From the human T2T-CHM13v2.0 reference genome, Homo sapiens: a stretch of DNA of 64,000 bases. The translations under genes and the position numbers were made by a program. Location of the stretch: the NCBI RefSeq assembly GCF_009914755.1, contig NC_060925.1; one strand, written 5' to 3'. The notes below the pieces were generated by a model. It ran no database searches and was not told the DNA's origin. It saw only the letters and a list, made by a program, of their open reading frames with translations. Every line of letters begins with the position of its first letter. Position 1 is the first letter of the stretch. Of this stretch, positions 1-14,345 are shown one piece after another.

Positions 1-74
1 AGATATAGATAGAATACAGATATAATATATATAGTTTCTATATAACCATATAGATATATATCTTTTTTGTTTCA

Positions 75-1186
75 TTTTATTTTTTAAGGAAATGGTTTGC
101 ATATATCTTTATGTGTGTGTCTGTTTTTAAAGGAATTCTTCACGTGATTATGGAGGCTGGCAACTCCAAAATCTGTAGATCAGGCTGGACAGCTGGAAAT
201 TTGAGTAGGAATAATGCTGCAGTCTTGAGGCAGAATTTCTTTTCCAGGAAACCTCAATGTTTGCTGTTAAGGCTTTCAACTGATTGGATGAGGCCCACCA
301 AACTTACTGAGTGTAATCTCCTTTAATTAAAGTTAACTGATTGTAGATAGTAAACATATCTACAAAATACAGTATTTTCTCCCTTATCTGTGGATTTGCT
401 TCCCTCAGTTTCAGCTACCCATGGTTCAAAACTATAAAATGAAAAACTGCAGAAATAAATAATTCATAAATTTTAAATTGTGCAACATTCTGAGCAGCAC
501 CATAAAATTGTAAGTTGTCTCACTCAGTTCCTCCTAGGATGGGAATCCTTCCTTTGTCCATCATCTCCACACTCTCTACTCTCTCACCCCTTAGTCACTC
601 AGTAGCCTTCTCAGTTATCAAATGTACTGTCACGGTACCGCACTGCCTGTGTTCAAGTCTCTCTTATTTTACTTAATAATGACCCCAGATTGCAAGGGTA
701 GTGATACTGGAAACTCAGATAGGCCGAAGAAATGCCGTCAGGTGTTTCCTTGAGATGAAAAGGTCAAAGTTCTTGACTCAATACATAAAAAAAAAAAAAA
801 AGTTTGTACGTTGAGGTTGCTAAGATCTGCAATAATAATAAATTTTCTATCAATGAGATTGTGAAGAAGGAAAAAGAAATTTGTGCTAGTTTGATGTAGA
901 GCCTCAAATTGAAAATGTTTTGGCCATGGTACACAGTAAGTACTTAGCTAAGATGGAAAAGGCATTAAATTTGTGGCTGTAAGACAGGAAAAGAAACATA
1001 TTCCAATTGACATCAATTGGGTTCAGTACTATTTGTGGTTTCAGGCATCCCCTAGGGGTCTTGGAATGTATCCTCCACAGATAAAGAGGGAGTGTTGTAC
1101 CTTCAGAGCAATATTTAGATTTGTGTTTGACTAAATAACTAGGTACTATGACCTTGCCAAGTTGAAACATGAAATTAACCATCACA
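75..1186 (-). mobile_element. MLT2-family (ERVL) solo LTR, split by a MER44 insertion
   Basis: 'cacgtgattatggaggctggcaactccaaaatctg' and the terminal 'ccaagttgaaacatgaaattaaccatcaca' match MLT2 LTRs; 'ctacaaaata' (to 369) rejoins 'ccttcagagcaat' (from 1100). Confidence 0.8.
370..1097 (+). mobile_element. MER44 (Tigger7-derived non-autonomous DNA transposon), ~730 bp
   Basis: Starts 'cagtattttctcccttatctgtgg', ends 'ccacagataaagagggagtgttg' (degenerate TIRs); flanked by TA at 368-369 and 1098-1099. Confidence 0.85.
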
Positions 1187-1439
1187 AGTAATGAGAAGGA
1201 TGCTAGTTTAAGTTGTAGTGTTACTGTAGCTATATTACCTTCCTTAACTAAGAACACATCTATGAAGTCACATCTAATTTCTGTTTGTATATCGGTTCTG
1301 AGAAGGGATCTAAATGGTTCATTACTTAGGTATTTCTCAGTTTATCAAAGAAAACTGAAAATTTTGAACTGATGATTTCTTCAAAATTTTAAGTCTTGCT
1401 GTAAGTCACAAAATAAATGTTGTATGTTTTATATCTTTA

Positions 1440-1954
<515 letters not shown>

Positions 1955-2187
1955 GGCATTTCAGAAGCCATCCTGTATATTAATTCTAGATTTTAAATTA
2001 GATCACGTAATGTCAACAGAGTGCAGATGCCCTTATTTTAGCTCTAGCTCTGTAGTATTTATTATCTTATATGCCAAATATCTTGACTATGTGCATTCTC
2101 AGTTGTTTTTTAAATTAAAATATAACACATTTTGGGCTAAAATCTTTATCCATACTTCAGAACTTCTTCATTTAGTGCATTTATGAA

Positions 2188-2232
2188 GTGCGTGTGTACG
2201 TGTATGTGTGTGTGTGTCTGTGTGTGAGAGAG
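2188..2232. repeat. imperfect (TG)n(GA)n microsatellite
   Basis: gtgcgtgtgtacgtgtatgtgtgtgtgtgtctgtgtgtgagagag. Confidence 0.85.
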
Positions 2233-2459
2233 TTTGCATTTATAGCCTCAGTTCTCTCCTTTAGATTACCACGTGATTTCCCACTTGCCAGCAGCTCTTC
2301 ACATTATATGAATCTGAACTACTCACATTGTGAAATCCCTTTCATTCCTATAGCTTACAGAGTAATTGCCTGCCAGTATCCCTTTTTTTGTAATTCACTT
2401 TTAACCATAAAGGAAAGCCTTATTTTAATTCTCTTGAACGCCAAATCATTCAGTACTGA

Positions 2460-2809
<350 letters not shown>

Positions 2810-3059
2810 CTGAACCTTGATTTAAGGGACTCTACTGCTTAGATCATCTAATCTCTATAAGAAAATGTTTGAAACTTTAACCCAGCACAAAGTGCTTACA
2901 CATCACCATTGGTAGTAGGGTTAGTGATGTTATGAGTCAGGCTACACCTGGGGCATATATATGTGGGGGTTAATGCTGTGGATTGCAAAGAGCAGTAAAC
3001 TAAGAATCAGGAGACTTCTAAAGGACTAGTCCTACCATGCCCCAGCTTTACCCTATAGA

Positions 3060-4740
3060 CTTTCATTTATTCATTCATTAATTCCTCTTTGTCAAGATTC
3101 TGCATTAGGTACCAAAAGCATAGAGGTGATTAATATACAGCATGTGACAGATTAAGTAGATATTATAAATAAATTACAATATAGAGTAATTACATCTACA
3201 GTAAAGAAAATATAGTGTGTATTATGTGCAGGCTAAGTTGCTAAGATGAGACTTAAAAACACAGTTACGTAGTTTGGGCCAGAGGAGCAAAATGTGGCTT
3301 CCATCTCTGGGTCCTTGGTGGCTGCTTTAGTTCTCACTATATTCCCACCACAGAAAAGAGTGAAAGAGGCAGAGGTATATATCTATATTTCACTTCAGGA
3401 GCACAATTGGGAAGTGGCATACATCAGTCCTGTTCACAACCCATAAACGGAAATTAATTACCTGTCCACACTGAGCTGAAAGGAGGCCAGGAAAGCAGTC
3501 TTTAGCTGGATTCCCATATTTGTAGCTAAAATATGAGGGTTCTACTAATAAAATTTTATCCATTACTGATGAATATTTATGGAAAAAATAGTAATCCCTG
3601 TTCTGAACTGTAATGGGAATATTGAGCAGGTGGTTGGTGTGGTAGGTTTGACATCCCTTACTGAGAAAAAAATATCCCCAAAATATTCTAAAGAAGTGAT
3701 AGCAAACCTAAGAAAGAAAACGATTGTGCTTAATGGTTAGAGACTAGAGGTGTTTGAGCATTTCAGACAAGGAAAACACTCACAGAAAAAATCTTGAAAC
3801 ACTAAAAATCCTAGAACAGAAAGGAACAGAAAAGTAAGGAACAGAAAAATAAGTTAAGATTGATATGAAAGTATTTTGCCAGAGGAAGAGTGGCAAAGGA
3901 TGGGCCTGGAAATATAAGCAAGGGTCAAACTGTAAAACAATTTTGGTCTTCATCCTGCGAACTACAGGGAGGCATTAAAGAATGTGTACTATGGGAAATG
4001 TTCATGAGATTTTCATTTTAAAGTGTTGATGTTTAAATGAGGATGGAAAATGAAGGGGGAAAGGCTGAATGGAGCTACGGAGAGCAGTTAAGTGGCTTCA
4101 CAAGTAATCCAAGTAGAATATTTGTGGATAGATTCTGGTGTTAATCCTAGGAATGAAGCTGAGTGGACACAGGCAATCCGAAGTCTAAGAGACAGAGCTT
4201 AGTGATGATAGGTTGTTGGTTCCAAGGGACAAGAAGTATTCAAGGATGACTCCCAGGACTCTAAACTGAGCAACTCCATAGTGGTGACCGTTTGGTGAGC
4301 TGAGGAAATTTAGGAGTAACTTTAAAGGGCAAAAGACAGTGAAAGAAGAATTCAGTTTGAAATAATCAACTCTGAAGTACTTTGAGACATTTAAATAGCC
4401 ATTTCAGAAGGCTCTTGGATAGACTTGTCAAGAGCTGGTGAGATAAGCCTAAGTAGAAAGTGTAAATCTCAGAGACATGGAAGTGGGTGAGATTTCCTTT
4501 GGATGTCAATCAGAATGAGAACAGAAGGAATAGATATGGCTGTAAAGAGCAACAACATTTTAGGAGATTGCAAAGTGAATGGTAAAAAGAGAAAGCCCAG
4601 AAGGGCAGGAGAAAAGTAAGATAAGGACAAGGACATGGACATCAAGTGAGAAAAATTAGTTTATTGTAGGAGTGCTGTTGCTACAGATAGGTTTCAAGCA
4701 ACCAAAGACGGATTGGTAACAAGTAGGATAAGGAGGATAA
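3060..4740 (-). mobile_element. degenerate L2 LINE, probably interrupted by an old MLT1-like LTR (~3230-3600)
   Basis: 'ttcatttattcattcatt' tail followed by purine-rich L2-like text such as 'caaggatgactcccagg' and 'gaattcagtttg'. Confidence 0.55.
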
Positions 4741-4772
4741 GGGCTGAAATATGTCTAAGGAATATAGCTACA

Positions 4773-4774
4773 TA

Positions 4775-4810
<36 letters not shown>
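4773..4810. repeat. (TG)n(TA)n microsatellite
   Basis: direct reading. Confidence 0.95.
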
Positions 4811-5264
4811 GTGAGAATATTTTTATTATAGTCATATTGTCACTGAGAGGGTGCTTAAACAATGACAATATGACTATAACCAAAATGTACAATCACATTG
4901 TGAAAGTCAATGTGACATCCAGGTTTAATTATTTAAAGATATGTGACTGCAAAGAGTAGGAGATATATAGTGCAGTGGCAAGAGAAGATCGTGATGAAGT
5001 TTTTTTGTTAGTTTTAATTGTGTAGGGTTATCTGACAAAGCTTTCAAAGGATAAGGATGTGATGACATTATATACAACTGTGTATTCAAAGCCGTTAAGT
5101 ATGACAAGTCTCTGAACTTTTGTGCTACTTTTTTTTGTCTTAAGTAATTTTTCTTTTCACCTCCACTCCCTGCCTGTCCCATTTCACATAAAAATGGGAG
5201 ATAAATTTTTCTTAAAAGAGATACTGTGGTTTATGTCCTCCCTAGATGACTCTTTTTTATATAT

Positions 5265-5510
5265 AAAATAATAGTAGTGGCATTAAGTAAATACTAATTA
5301 ATTTGCCAGGCACTGAACAAAACACTTTTCAAGTATTACCTCCTTTAAGCTTCATAACAATACTATGAAATGTGAGGTTTTTGGTTTTATTTATTTATTT
5401 ATTTGCCTTCATCTTATAGTTGAGAAGTTGTAGACAGTCATATAGCTAAGCAAATGGTGCATCAAAATTTGAGCCCAGGTAGTCTGAATACAAAATCTGG
5501 ATTACTCTAA
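5265..5510 (-). mobile_element. MIR
   Basis: 'tgccaggcactg...cttcataacaatactatga...tttgagcccaggtagtctga'. Confidence 0.7.
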
Positions 5511-6312
5511 ACTTGCAAGATAGAATGATGAATTAATTCTTAAATATTGTGTTTGCATCAAGTTTGATTTTGGTTTAAGGATAGTTTTCATACCTAGAAT
5601 AAAAAACATTTCCTCCTCAAGTGGAACATCACTCCTTGGTTTTAGCCATCTTTCATCAGAATGGAACTAAAATTAAAAAAATGAAGTTGCTCTATGATAT
5701 GATCGTGACAAATTTTAACAGTAATTTTTTTCATATTTAAAACTTGATAAAACTTTTTTCTGACTGATTTTGACCATTTAAAAAGAAAGCCAGATGTTCT
5801 CTCATCATTCATGGCAGAAAAAGGTTTTTGTTTATTACATTATTACATGAAAATTTATGCTTATACAATTGGGAAAGTTTCAAAAATTTAAAGGTTTGAA
5901 TATGATACATTGCAATAATTGTGACTTAAAATTTTGTAATGACCAGGTGACACCTTTTATGGGAAAGTGAGAATAAATTCTGATCCCTATTATGCAGGGA
6001 AACAGAAGAGAGCATTGTTTTTCATCAGGGTGAAGTTGGGGCAAATAGGAGGGGTGAATGATGAGGCAGACAGAAAGAGACAGACACTCCAAACTGCTTG
6101 ACAATGAGCTCATTTTTAAATGTATGTAATAAAGTTACCACAATAATGTTGTAGCTCAGTAATGCAGTCTTAAAATGCAGCAAGCCAATTATACTTTCGT
6201 TTGAAATTTCATGTCCTCATAATAAGGTTTGTTCTTTATTTTAGGGTTTTACTGTAAGTAGAGATGAGTTGGTTTTTTATTACCTGCGTCCATCTCTGGC
6301 TATAATAAAAAG

Positions 6313-6313
<1 letters not shown>

Positions 6314-6383
<70 letters not shown>

Positions 6384-6417
6384 CGCGCGCGCACGTGCGT
6401 GTGCGCATGCGTGTGCA
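6314..6417. repeat. (TG)31(CG)8 compound microsatellite extending into a mixed purine-pyrimidine alternation
   Basis: TG repeat 6314-6375, CG repeat 6376-6392, then acgtgcgtgtgcgcatgcgtgtgca. Confidence 0.97.
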
Positions 6418-7988
6418 GTGGGTGCATGTATTCTAAAAGAACTCACTACTTATGATTAGTCCTTGCTCTAATCATTTTCCCAGAGATTACCTATTGTAGG
6501 AAGAAGGAAGGATTTTAAAAATAACATTTATCAGGATGTTATCTAATCTATCATTTCTTCCACATGCCTGTATTTTTTCTTCCTCATGCCATGTATCATT
6601 ACATTCCATGCAGTTTTTATCATTTGTTTATTTTTCTTAAATGCGTTCAATATCCACCAGACTAAAGTTTGTCTTTTTTTTTTTCCCAAAATGCATTCCT
6701 TTGGTTCTTTTGGAGATAAATATAATGATGGGCTTGAAACACATCCAAAATTAGGTTATCAGTAATATTCCAAATTAGAGCACTATGTAGAAATTGATGC
6801 CATTTGGGAGCTATAATTCTACCATATGGTCTCTGCATATATTCAATATGAAGACATTTACATCTTCCTCTATTTTCTCTCCATGATGAATTTTAGTATA
6901 AAAAGTTACAAAAACAATGTCAATCACATCCCTTTCTTATTTTTACCAACCTGCCATATTAATCATATTAGAATAATTTTCTCCCTCATATAATGAGACT
7001 CGCTTTCTTACCATGGATCCAAATCTAGAAGGAATACCATTATCATCATGTCTGAATAAAAGATTCATTCTTGTTTCTTTTTCTGTTTCCCATCCTATTA
7101 AGAAGCCTTGTGATTTTTCTGCATGTTCCCAGGGATGTCCTCTTGGTATTGCTGAATGTCATCTTAGGTAATTCAAAACCTCTCATTTTAATTACCTATG
7201 TCCATTATTCATTTCCCACACTTTCCACAGAAGAGTGAAAAGAGACTTCTAAATGTTTCCATCTTGGCTGTTCCAAAGGACATCTTGTTTAATTAAAACA
7301 GTATTGTCAAAAAAAAAAAAATTCCCTAGGTGTTTGAAGGTACGTCAGCTTTGGTGATTACCTGTCTGTCATACATTTATTTTAATGTAATAAAAATAAT
7401 TTAAAAAGAACTGTATTTGTTTTAAAATAAGACTTCTTGAAATACATATAATTAAATCACACCAGCAGACATGTAGGTCAGGAAGTAATTTAGTAATGTT
7501 TTAGAATTTACTTGCGCAATCATTATTTTTAAATTAATTTTTTTGAAAAAAGAAATAAACTCACATAGTTCAAGAACAAAATTCACAGATATATAAAATA
7601 TATATATGTACTTTTTCTCACAGCTGTCTGCCATTGATCTAGTTTTCAGCCTCCACTCACATCTCGCCTTCAGTTTTTAGTTATTATTATTAATAGTCTC
7701 TTATACATTCTTTCAGAATTTCTTTAGGCAGATAAAATAAATATGAAGATATGTTATCCGTTCTCTTTTCTGCAAAATAATATCTTCTGATTTTTTAATT
7801 CCGTTCATATGTTATTATTTTCCCCCAAGCACAATAATATCTATCTTTTATTTGTCTTTTTTGTTGGTTAGTTTATGAATAATTTATCTGTATTATAAAC
7901 TTTCTCAAGTACAAGCTTATTTATTTATCTGTTTATATATTAACTGTACTTTTTTTCTGTTGGCTAACATTAATTATTGTTATATTTT

Positions 7989-8640
7989 GGTATTTGTTTC
8001 TTTTGCCACGTAACAAATCACAAAAACTTAGAAGCTTAAAACAAAACTCATTTAGTATCACATAGTTCTGTGGATCAGAAATGCAGACAGACTCAACTGA
8101 GTTCTCTGCTTAGGGTCTCACTGGCTAAAGCAAAGGGGTCAGTTGAGTTGGGCTGGAATCTTTCCGGGAGGCTTTGGGATAAAATCACCTTCTAGGCTCA
8201 TTCAGGTTGTTAGCAGAATTCAGTTCCTTAGTGTTATAAGACTGAGGTTCCTATTTACTTATTTTAACTAGGGTCATTTTCAGTTCCTAGAGAGCCCTCT
8301 TAAGTCCATTCCAAGTGGCTCTTTCCACTTTCAAAGACACCAAAATCACATGGATTCCTTCTTGTGCCTTAACTCTCTCTCTGAGTTTCCCTTTTGCTAT
8401 CAGATGGAGAAAACTCTGCTTTTAAAGGTCTCATGAGATTAGGATAGGTTCACCCAAACAAACTCTCTATTGATTAACTCAAAGTCAATGGATTAGTCTC
8501 CTAAGTACATCTGCAAAAAAATAAAAAATCTCTTTGACATGTAACATGATATAATAAGGGAATGACAGTGCATCATGTTCACAGTCTCAGAGGTTAGGAT
8601 AGAAAGCCTTGGGAGCCATTTTAGAATTCTGCCTGCCACA
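7989..8640 (-). mobile_element. MLT1D/E-type solo LTR
   Basis: 'gtaacaaatcacaaaaacttagaagcttaaaacaa' ... terminal 'gccattttagaattctgcctgccaca'. Confidence 0.8.
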
Positions 8641-8643
8641 ACC

Positions 8644-9011
8644 TGTCTTAGACTATTCAGGCTGCTGTAATGAAGTACCACAGACTGGGTGGCTTCTAAG
8701 TGACGGTAATTTATTTCTCACAGTTCTGGAGGCTGGCAGCCTGAGATCAAGGGGCCTATAAATTCAGTGCCTGGTGAGGGCCCGATTTCTGCTTTATAGA
8801 TAGCCACCTTCTTGTTGTGACTTCACATAGTGGAAGGGACAAGAAACCTTTCTGTGGTCTTTTCTATGAGGTCACTGCTACCATTCATAAGGCTCTACCC
8901 TCATGCCCTATCTACCTTCCAAAGGTCCTATCTCTTAAAACCATCACGTCGAGGTTTAAGATTTCAACATATGAATTTAGGAGGTGGGGTAGGAACATTC
9001 AATCCATAACC
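8644..9011 (-). mobile_element. MLT1A-type solo LTR
   Basis: 'tgtcttagactattcaggctgctgtaatgaagtaccacagactgggtggctt...atttcaacatatgaattt'; ~370 bp. Confidence 0.8.
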
Positions 9012-9259
9012 CTTCCATAAGCTTTCCTTTTATTTGTTTCATTGTTCTTTTTCAAAAAATTTTTCACGAATGTCGAATTCATTTCTTTTTTCCTTTGATA
9101 TTGGTTTTTATTGCTATGATTTTTCCTCTGTAAGTGCTTTTAGTAGTACATATGCAGTAGTAGCATATGTATTGAACATACAAATGTAGTACATGCAGTT
9201 TTTAATATAATTTAACTTCATTTAAAATTTCCCTTTTACTCAACAATTGTTATAGAGTT

Positions 9260-9773
9260 TTATTTGTCAGTATTTACCAGAGAACAGAACCAATAGGATA
9301 TATAGAGTGATATATGAAAGGGGATTTATTATGGAGATTGGCTCACATGATTATGGAAGCTGAGGAGTTCCATCATATGCTGTCTGCAAGTAGAAAAACC
9401 AGGGAAGCTGGTGGCATGGCTCAGTCCAAGTCCAAAGGCCCGAGACCCTGGAGGTGAGGGGAGTTGACTGGTATAAATCCTGGAGTCCCAAGGCTGGAGG
9501 ACCTGGAATTCTGATGTGCAAGCATGGGAGAAGATGGATGTCCCAGCTCCAAATACATTTGCCTTTTTTCTGTTTTTCTGTTGTGTCTGAGTCCTCAGCC
9601 AATTGGATAGTGCCCACCCACACTGAGTGAGAGCTGGTCTTTCTTACTTAGTTCACTGATTCAGATGCAAATCTCTTCTGGAAAAACCTTGGACATGTCT
9701 CAAAATAAAGCTTTACCAGCTATATGGGTATCCCTTAATCCAGACAAATTGACACTTGACATTAACCATCACA
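9260..9773 (-). mobile_element. MLT2B solo LTR, within degraded minus-strand L1M sequence
   Basis: 'agagaacagaaccaataggata...ggctcagtccaagtccaaaggcc...attaaccatcaca'. Confidence 0.85.
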
Positions 9774-9919
9774 GAGATACTTTTTACTTTTATAGGCTGA
9801 GTAGCTTTTTTGGTTTATTTTCATGTTTTCTTAATAATTTCTGTTTGTTCTTTTGTATTGTGGTGAAATAATGTTGTCTGTTTTATTTCTACTTGTAGAA
9901 ATTTATTGATGGTATACTG

Positions 9920-12900
9920 AACCACAAATAAAAATCTCAATAAGTTTGAACCTTCAAAGAGACACAGATGCAAGGACTTGTTTCCTTGAGATGGATGCCA
10001 GATGCTATGCAAGGCCGTAAAAGTAATTCAATTAAAGTTTCAATGAATTTCTAAAGGCTAGCATAAAAATGAGTTAGTATAAAAGTACCAAACCCTTCAG
10101 GTCTATACAGAGGGTAATTTTTACTTACTAGCAAGCTCTTATCAATGGACCACAGCGAAGTATCCATGAGAAATATTTGGGGCAGGGAAAGATAGCTGAA
10201 AAATCCTCTATTCGGTTTCAGGCTGAAGGGAAAACAAAACTGCTCTAGTAGAAAAGATACAAAACCCTGTCAAGATCCTACTCCCTTATCTTACCTACAG
10301 AACACAAGCCTTACCCTGTTTAAATAAAGGGCATCAACCACAAGTGAGGACTCACTGCATCTAGGGGTAGGGAATAGAAATAAAATAAAATCTATCCATA
10401 TCTACCCTTAAGCAGAGACAGCAATAATTCTTGGGCCCAGACCATCAGAGGTCTTCGGTCAGGGAGACACAAGATCACTGAGAAGGCCCCAACCACTGAG
10501 ATCAGTGACATAGTACATACCTGAGAATGAGGCTAAACAAGAACAACAGAGAATAACCCTCTTATATCACAGTACAGAATGAGATGGTCCCACTTTCACA
10601 CAGAAAAGCTATGCACCATAGTTTCCACTACACTACATAGCATGTCCAGCTCTGAACAAAACATTACAAGATACACAAAAAAGAAGGAAAAAAAAAAACA
10701 ACCTCTGCCAAGAGATGAAGCAATTGACAAAACCAGACTCAGATATGACAAAGACATTTAAACTATAAAACAGAATTTAAAATAACTTTGATTAATATGC
10801 TTAAGTCTTGAGTGAAAAAGGTGAATGAAATGCATCATTAGATAGGTAACTTCAACAGAAAGATGAAACTTTGAAGGAGAGCTCAATAAAAATATTATAC
10901 AGAGAAAATACAATAACAGAGAAGAAAAAATGCCTTCAAAAGGCTCATAAGTAGACTTGAAACAGCTAAAGAATCAGTAAACATGAAGATAGGTTCATAA
11001 AAAAATAAGCCAAAAAAACTGCAAGTAGAAAAGAAAGTGTTCTTGTTTTTGTTTTAAAAGGAACAGAGCATGCATGAGCTGTGGGATAATATGAAATCAC
11101 TTAATATAAGTGTAGTGGCAATTTCCACAGATGAAAGAAAACCAAGAGAAAGAATGATGGAGAAGAGATAGTCCAAGAATTTTCAACTTGAAAAAATGCA
11201 CAAGTGATTCATGACACTCAGAGAACAGCAATCAAGACAAATAACAAAATAAAACAATAAAAACAGAAATACTTAGACGTCTAATATTGCAACTTCTGAA
11301 CACAAAAAAATAAAAACACATTGCTTAAAAGTAGCTAGATTAAAATGGCACACCTATACAAAGGAAAAGAGAACTACAGCATATTTCTCTACAGAAAATA
11401 TGCAATCTGAAAGAAAAATGGAATTAGGTTGTTAAATTCTGAAACAAATTGTCAACCCGGAATTCAATTCCTTAAAAAGTTATTTTTCAGAAGGGAAGGA
11501 AAATTAAGAAATTTTCCGAAACACAAAATAGAGAATTTCTTGCCAGCAGCTCCATAAACAAGAAATATTTCAGGATAACTTCAGGCAGAAAAAATATATT
11601 AATTATAAACCAACTTGGATCTAAGTCAACAACAACAGCAACAACAACAAAAACAAACAAACAAACAAACAAACAGGGTAATGAAACGGCATATGAAAGC
11701 AAATACAGGAAGGCCATTTTTTTTTCTTATTTCTAATTACTCTGAAATACAACTGGCTGCCTAAAGCAAGAGAGTAGTAAGGTATTGACTTTTAGAGCAA
11801 ACATAAAAGTAACCTGTATGACAACATTACCAAAAAAATAAATAAATAAAAGGAATAGATTGAATATATGTATTTGTAAGATTTTTAACTATACAAAAAG
11901 TAGTATAATATTCTTTAAAAGCAGACAGATTAGTTAAATGTGTATTTTAAATGTATATTGTAAACCCTACGAGAATTACTAATTTTTTAAAAAGTAATAT
12001 AAATAATAAATCAATATTATAGATAAAATAAAATAAAAATAGTCAATTTATATAAAAAAAGAAATATAACAGAAATGGGAAGAAAAGAAATAGTACATGA
12101 AAACAATAGCAAAAATAAAAATAGTAAATATTAACTTAAGGATATCAATAATTTCATTAACCATAAGTAGTTTAAACAAATCCATTAAAAGACAAAGATT
12201 GTCAGACTGAATTAAAAAGCAAGACTCAAGTATAAGCTGTCTATAAGAAACTTAATTTAAAACTAAGGTTAAAAGTGAGAGGATAGAAAAACTATAGCAT
12301 GCAAACACTAGTCAAGCTAAAGTGATTATATTAATATTAGACAATATTATCATTACATAGTGATAAACAGATCAATTCATAAAAAGACATAACAATCCAA
12401 AGCATATATCTACTTCTCAGCAGATCTATAAAATACTGTGCATACAACAAAAACTGACAGAACTGAAAGTAGAAATAAACAAAATGTGGACTTAGTTTAA
12501 CTCTCTTCTCTCAGTAATTGATAAAACAAAAAGACAGTAAATTAATAAGAATATGGAAGATCACAGAAATACTACCAACCAATTGGCCTAATTAGTATTT
12601 ATAGCATAAAATATACCACAGTATACACATTATTTTCATGTACAAATGGAACATCCATCATGATTGACCATATCACGAGCAACAAAACAACCCTCAACAA
12701 ATCTTAAAAAAATAAAATTACAAATGTAGTAAGATGTATACATTCCCCCAACTAATCTATAAATGCAACAAAATTCCAATAAAAAAACCCATGCGCATAT
12801 TTTTAGGAATTAAACAAGCTAATACATTAAAATATCTGTGACAAAGGAACTAAAATAACCAAAACAATTTTGAACTAGAAGAATGAACTTGAAGGATTCA

Positions 12901-14345
12901 TGCTACCTGATTTCAGAATTTCCTATAAAACTACAGTAATCAAGACAGTGTGGTGCTGAAAAGGATATAGGTACAGATACACAGAAGACAACAATGAATA
13001 CAATAGACTCAGACATATAGTCTGTTGGTTTTCAACAAAGGTATAGAGGTAGTTCAATGGAGAATGAAAAAGCCTTCTCAGCAAAGTTGCTCTAAAAGTT
13101 CAGATATCTATGCACAAAATAAACTTTAATCTGTACCTCACTCCCTTCATAAACTCAAAATGACTTGTACACCTAAATCTGAAACTTAAAACTACAAAAA
13201 TTCTAGAAGGTAACATGGGACAAAACCTATGTGACCTGGAGTTAAACAAAATTGTTTTTGATCACACAAAATCATAATTCATAAAGAAAAAAAGAGATAA
13301 ATTGACTTTCCCAAAATTAATAATTTTTGTTCTTTAAAATACTCTGCTAAAAGACTGAAAAGACAAGCCACAGATTGGGAGAAAATATTTGCATATCACA
13401 TTTATGATAAAAGACTTGCATCCAGATTCTAATAAGTATTCTAAAATCTAAGGAAGGAAACAAATAATTCGATTAAAAAATGGACAAACGGCTTGAACAG
13501 AGACTTCACCAAAGATGATTGGTATACAGATGGCAAATAAACACCTAAAAAGATACTCAATAGGAAATAGAGAAATGCAAACTAAAACCGAAAAGAAATG
13601 TCTCTACATACCTACCAGATTGACTTAAAACAAAACAAAAAAATAAGTCTGACAACATCACTCATTGGTGAGAGTGTGGAGTTACTGGAACTTTCACACA
13701 TTTCTGGTGGTAATTCAACATGGTTTAGACCCTTTAGAAAAAAAAAATTGGCCTTCCTTATAAAGATATACATTTACTTAACATGACCCAGGAATTCTAC
13801 CTTTAGTTACTTACTTAAGTGAAATAAAAATGTACGTCCACATACAGAGCTGTATGTGAATGTTTTATAGTGGCTTTTTTTCAATTGTCAAAAATTTGAA
13901 ACAACTCAAATGTTCCTTACCTGGGGGAACAATCACACAGCAGAATACTATCCAGCAATAAAAAAGAATGAGCTATTGATACATGAAATAGCAAGGATGG
14001 ATCTCAAATGCATTATGTTAAATGAAAGACACTGAACTCAAATTGCTATACACTGTATGTTTCTATTTAACAATATTCTAGAAAAGGCAGAACTACAGAG
14101 ACAGAAAACATCAATGACTTCCAAGGGCTGCAGTAGAGAAGCATGTTTGACTGCAAAGGAAGATCTGAAGATGTGTGTGTGTGTGTGTGTTTGTGTGTTG
14201 ATAGAATTATTCCATATTTTGATATGGAATAATATTTGGTTTTTATATGACAGCATGCATTTGTCAAAAGTTGTAGAACTCTACAATAAAAAAGGATACT
14301 TTTTCTGTATGTGAATTCTACCCTAATTAAAAAATGAAAAAAAAA
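9920..14345 (+). mobile_element. ancient L1M (L1MC/MD/ME-like), near full span, with large ORF2 deletion
   Basis: 5'-region-like DNA, decayed ORF1 (~10700-11600), endonuclease relic ('ccattaaaagacaaagattgtcagactgaatt'), C-terminal ORF2 ('gcagagacttcaccaaaga'-like, 'agaaatgcaaactaaaacc'), L1M 3' UTR and A tail at ~14325-14345. Confidence 0.75.
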
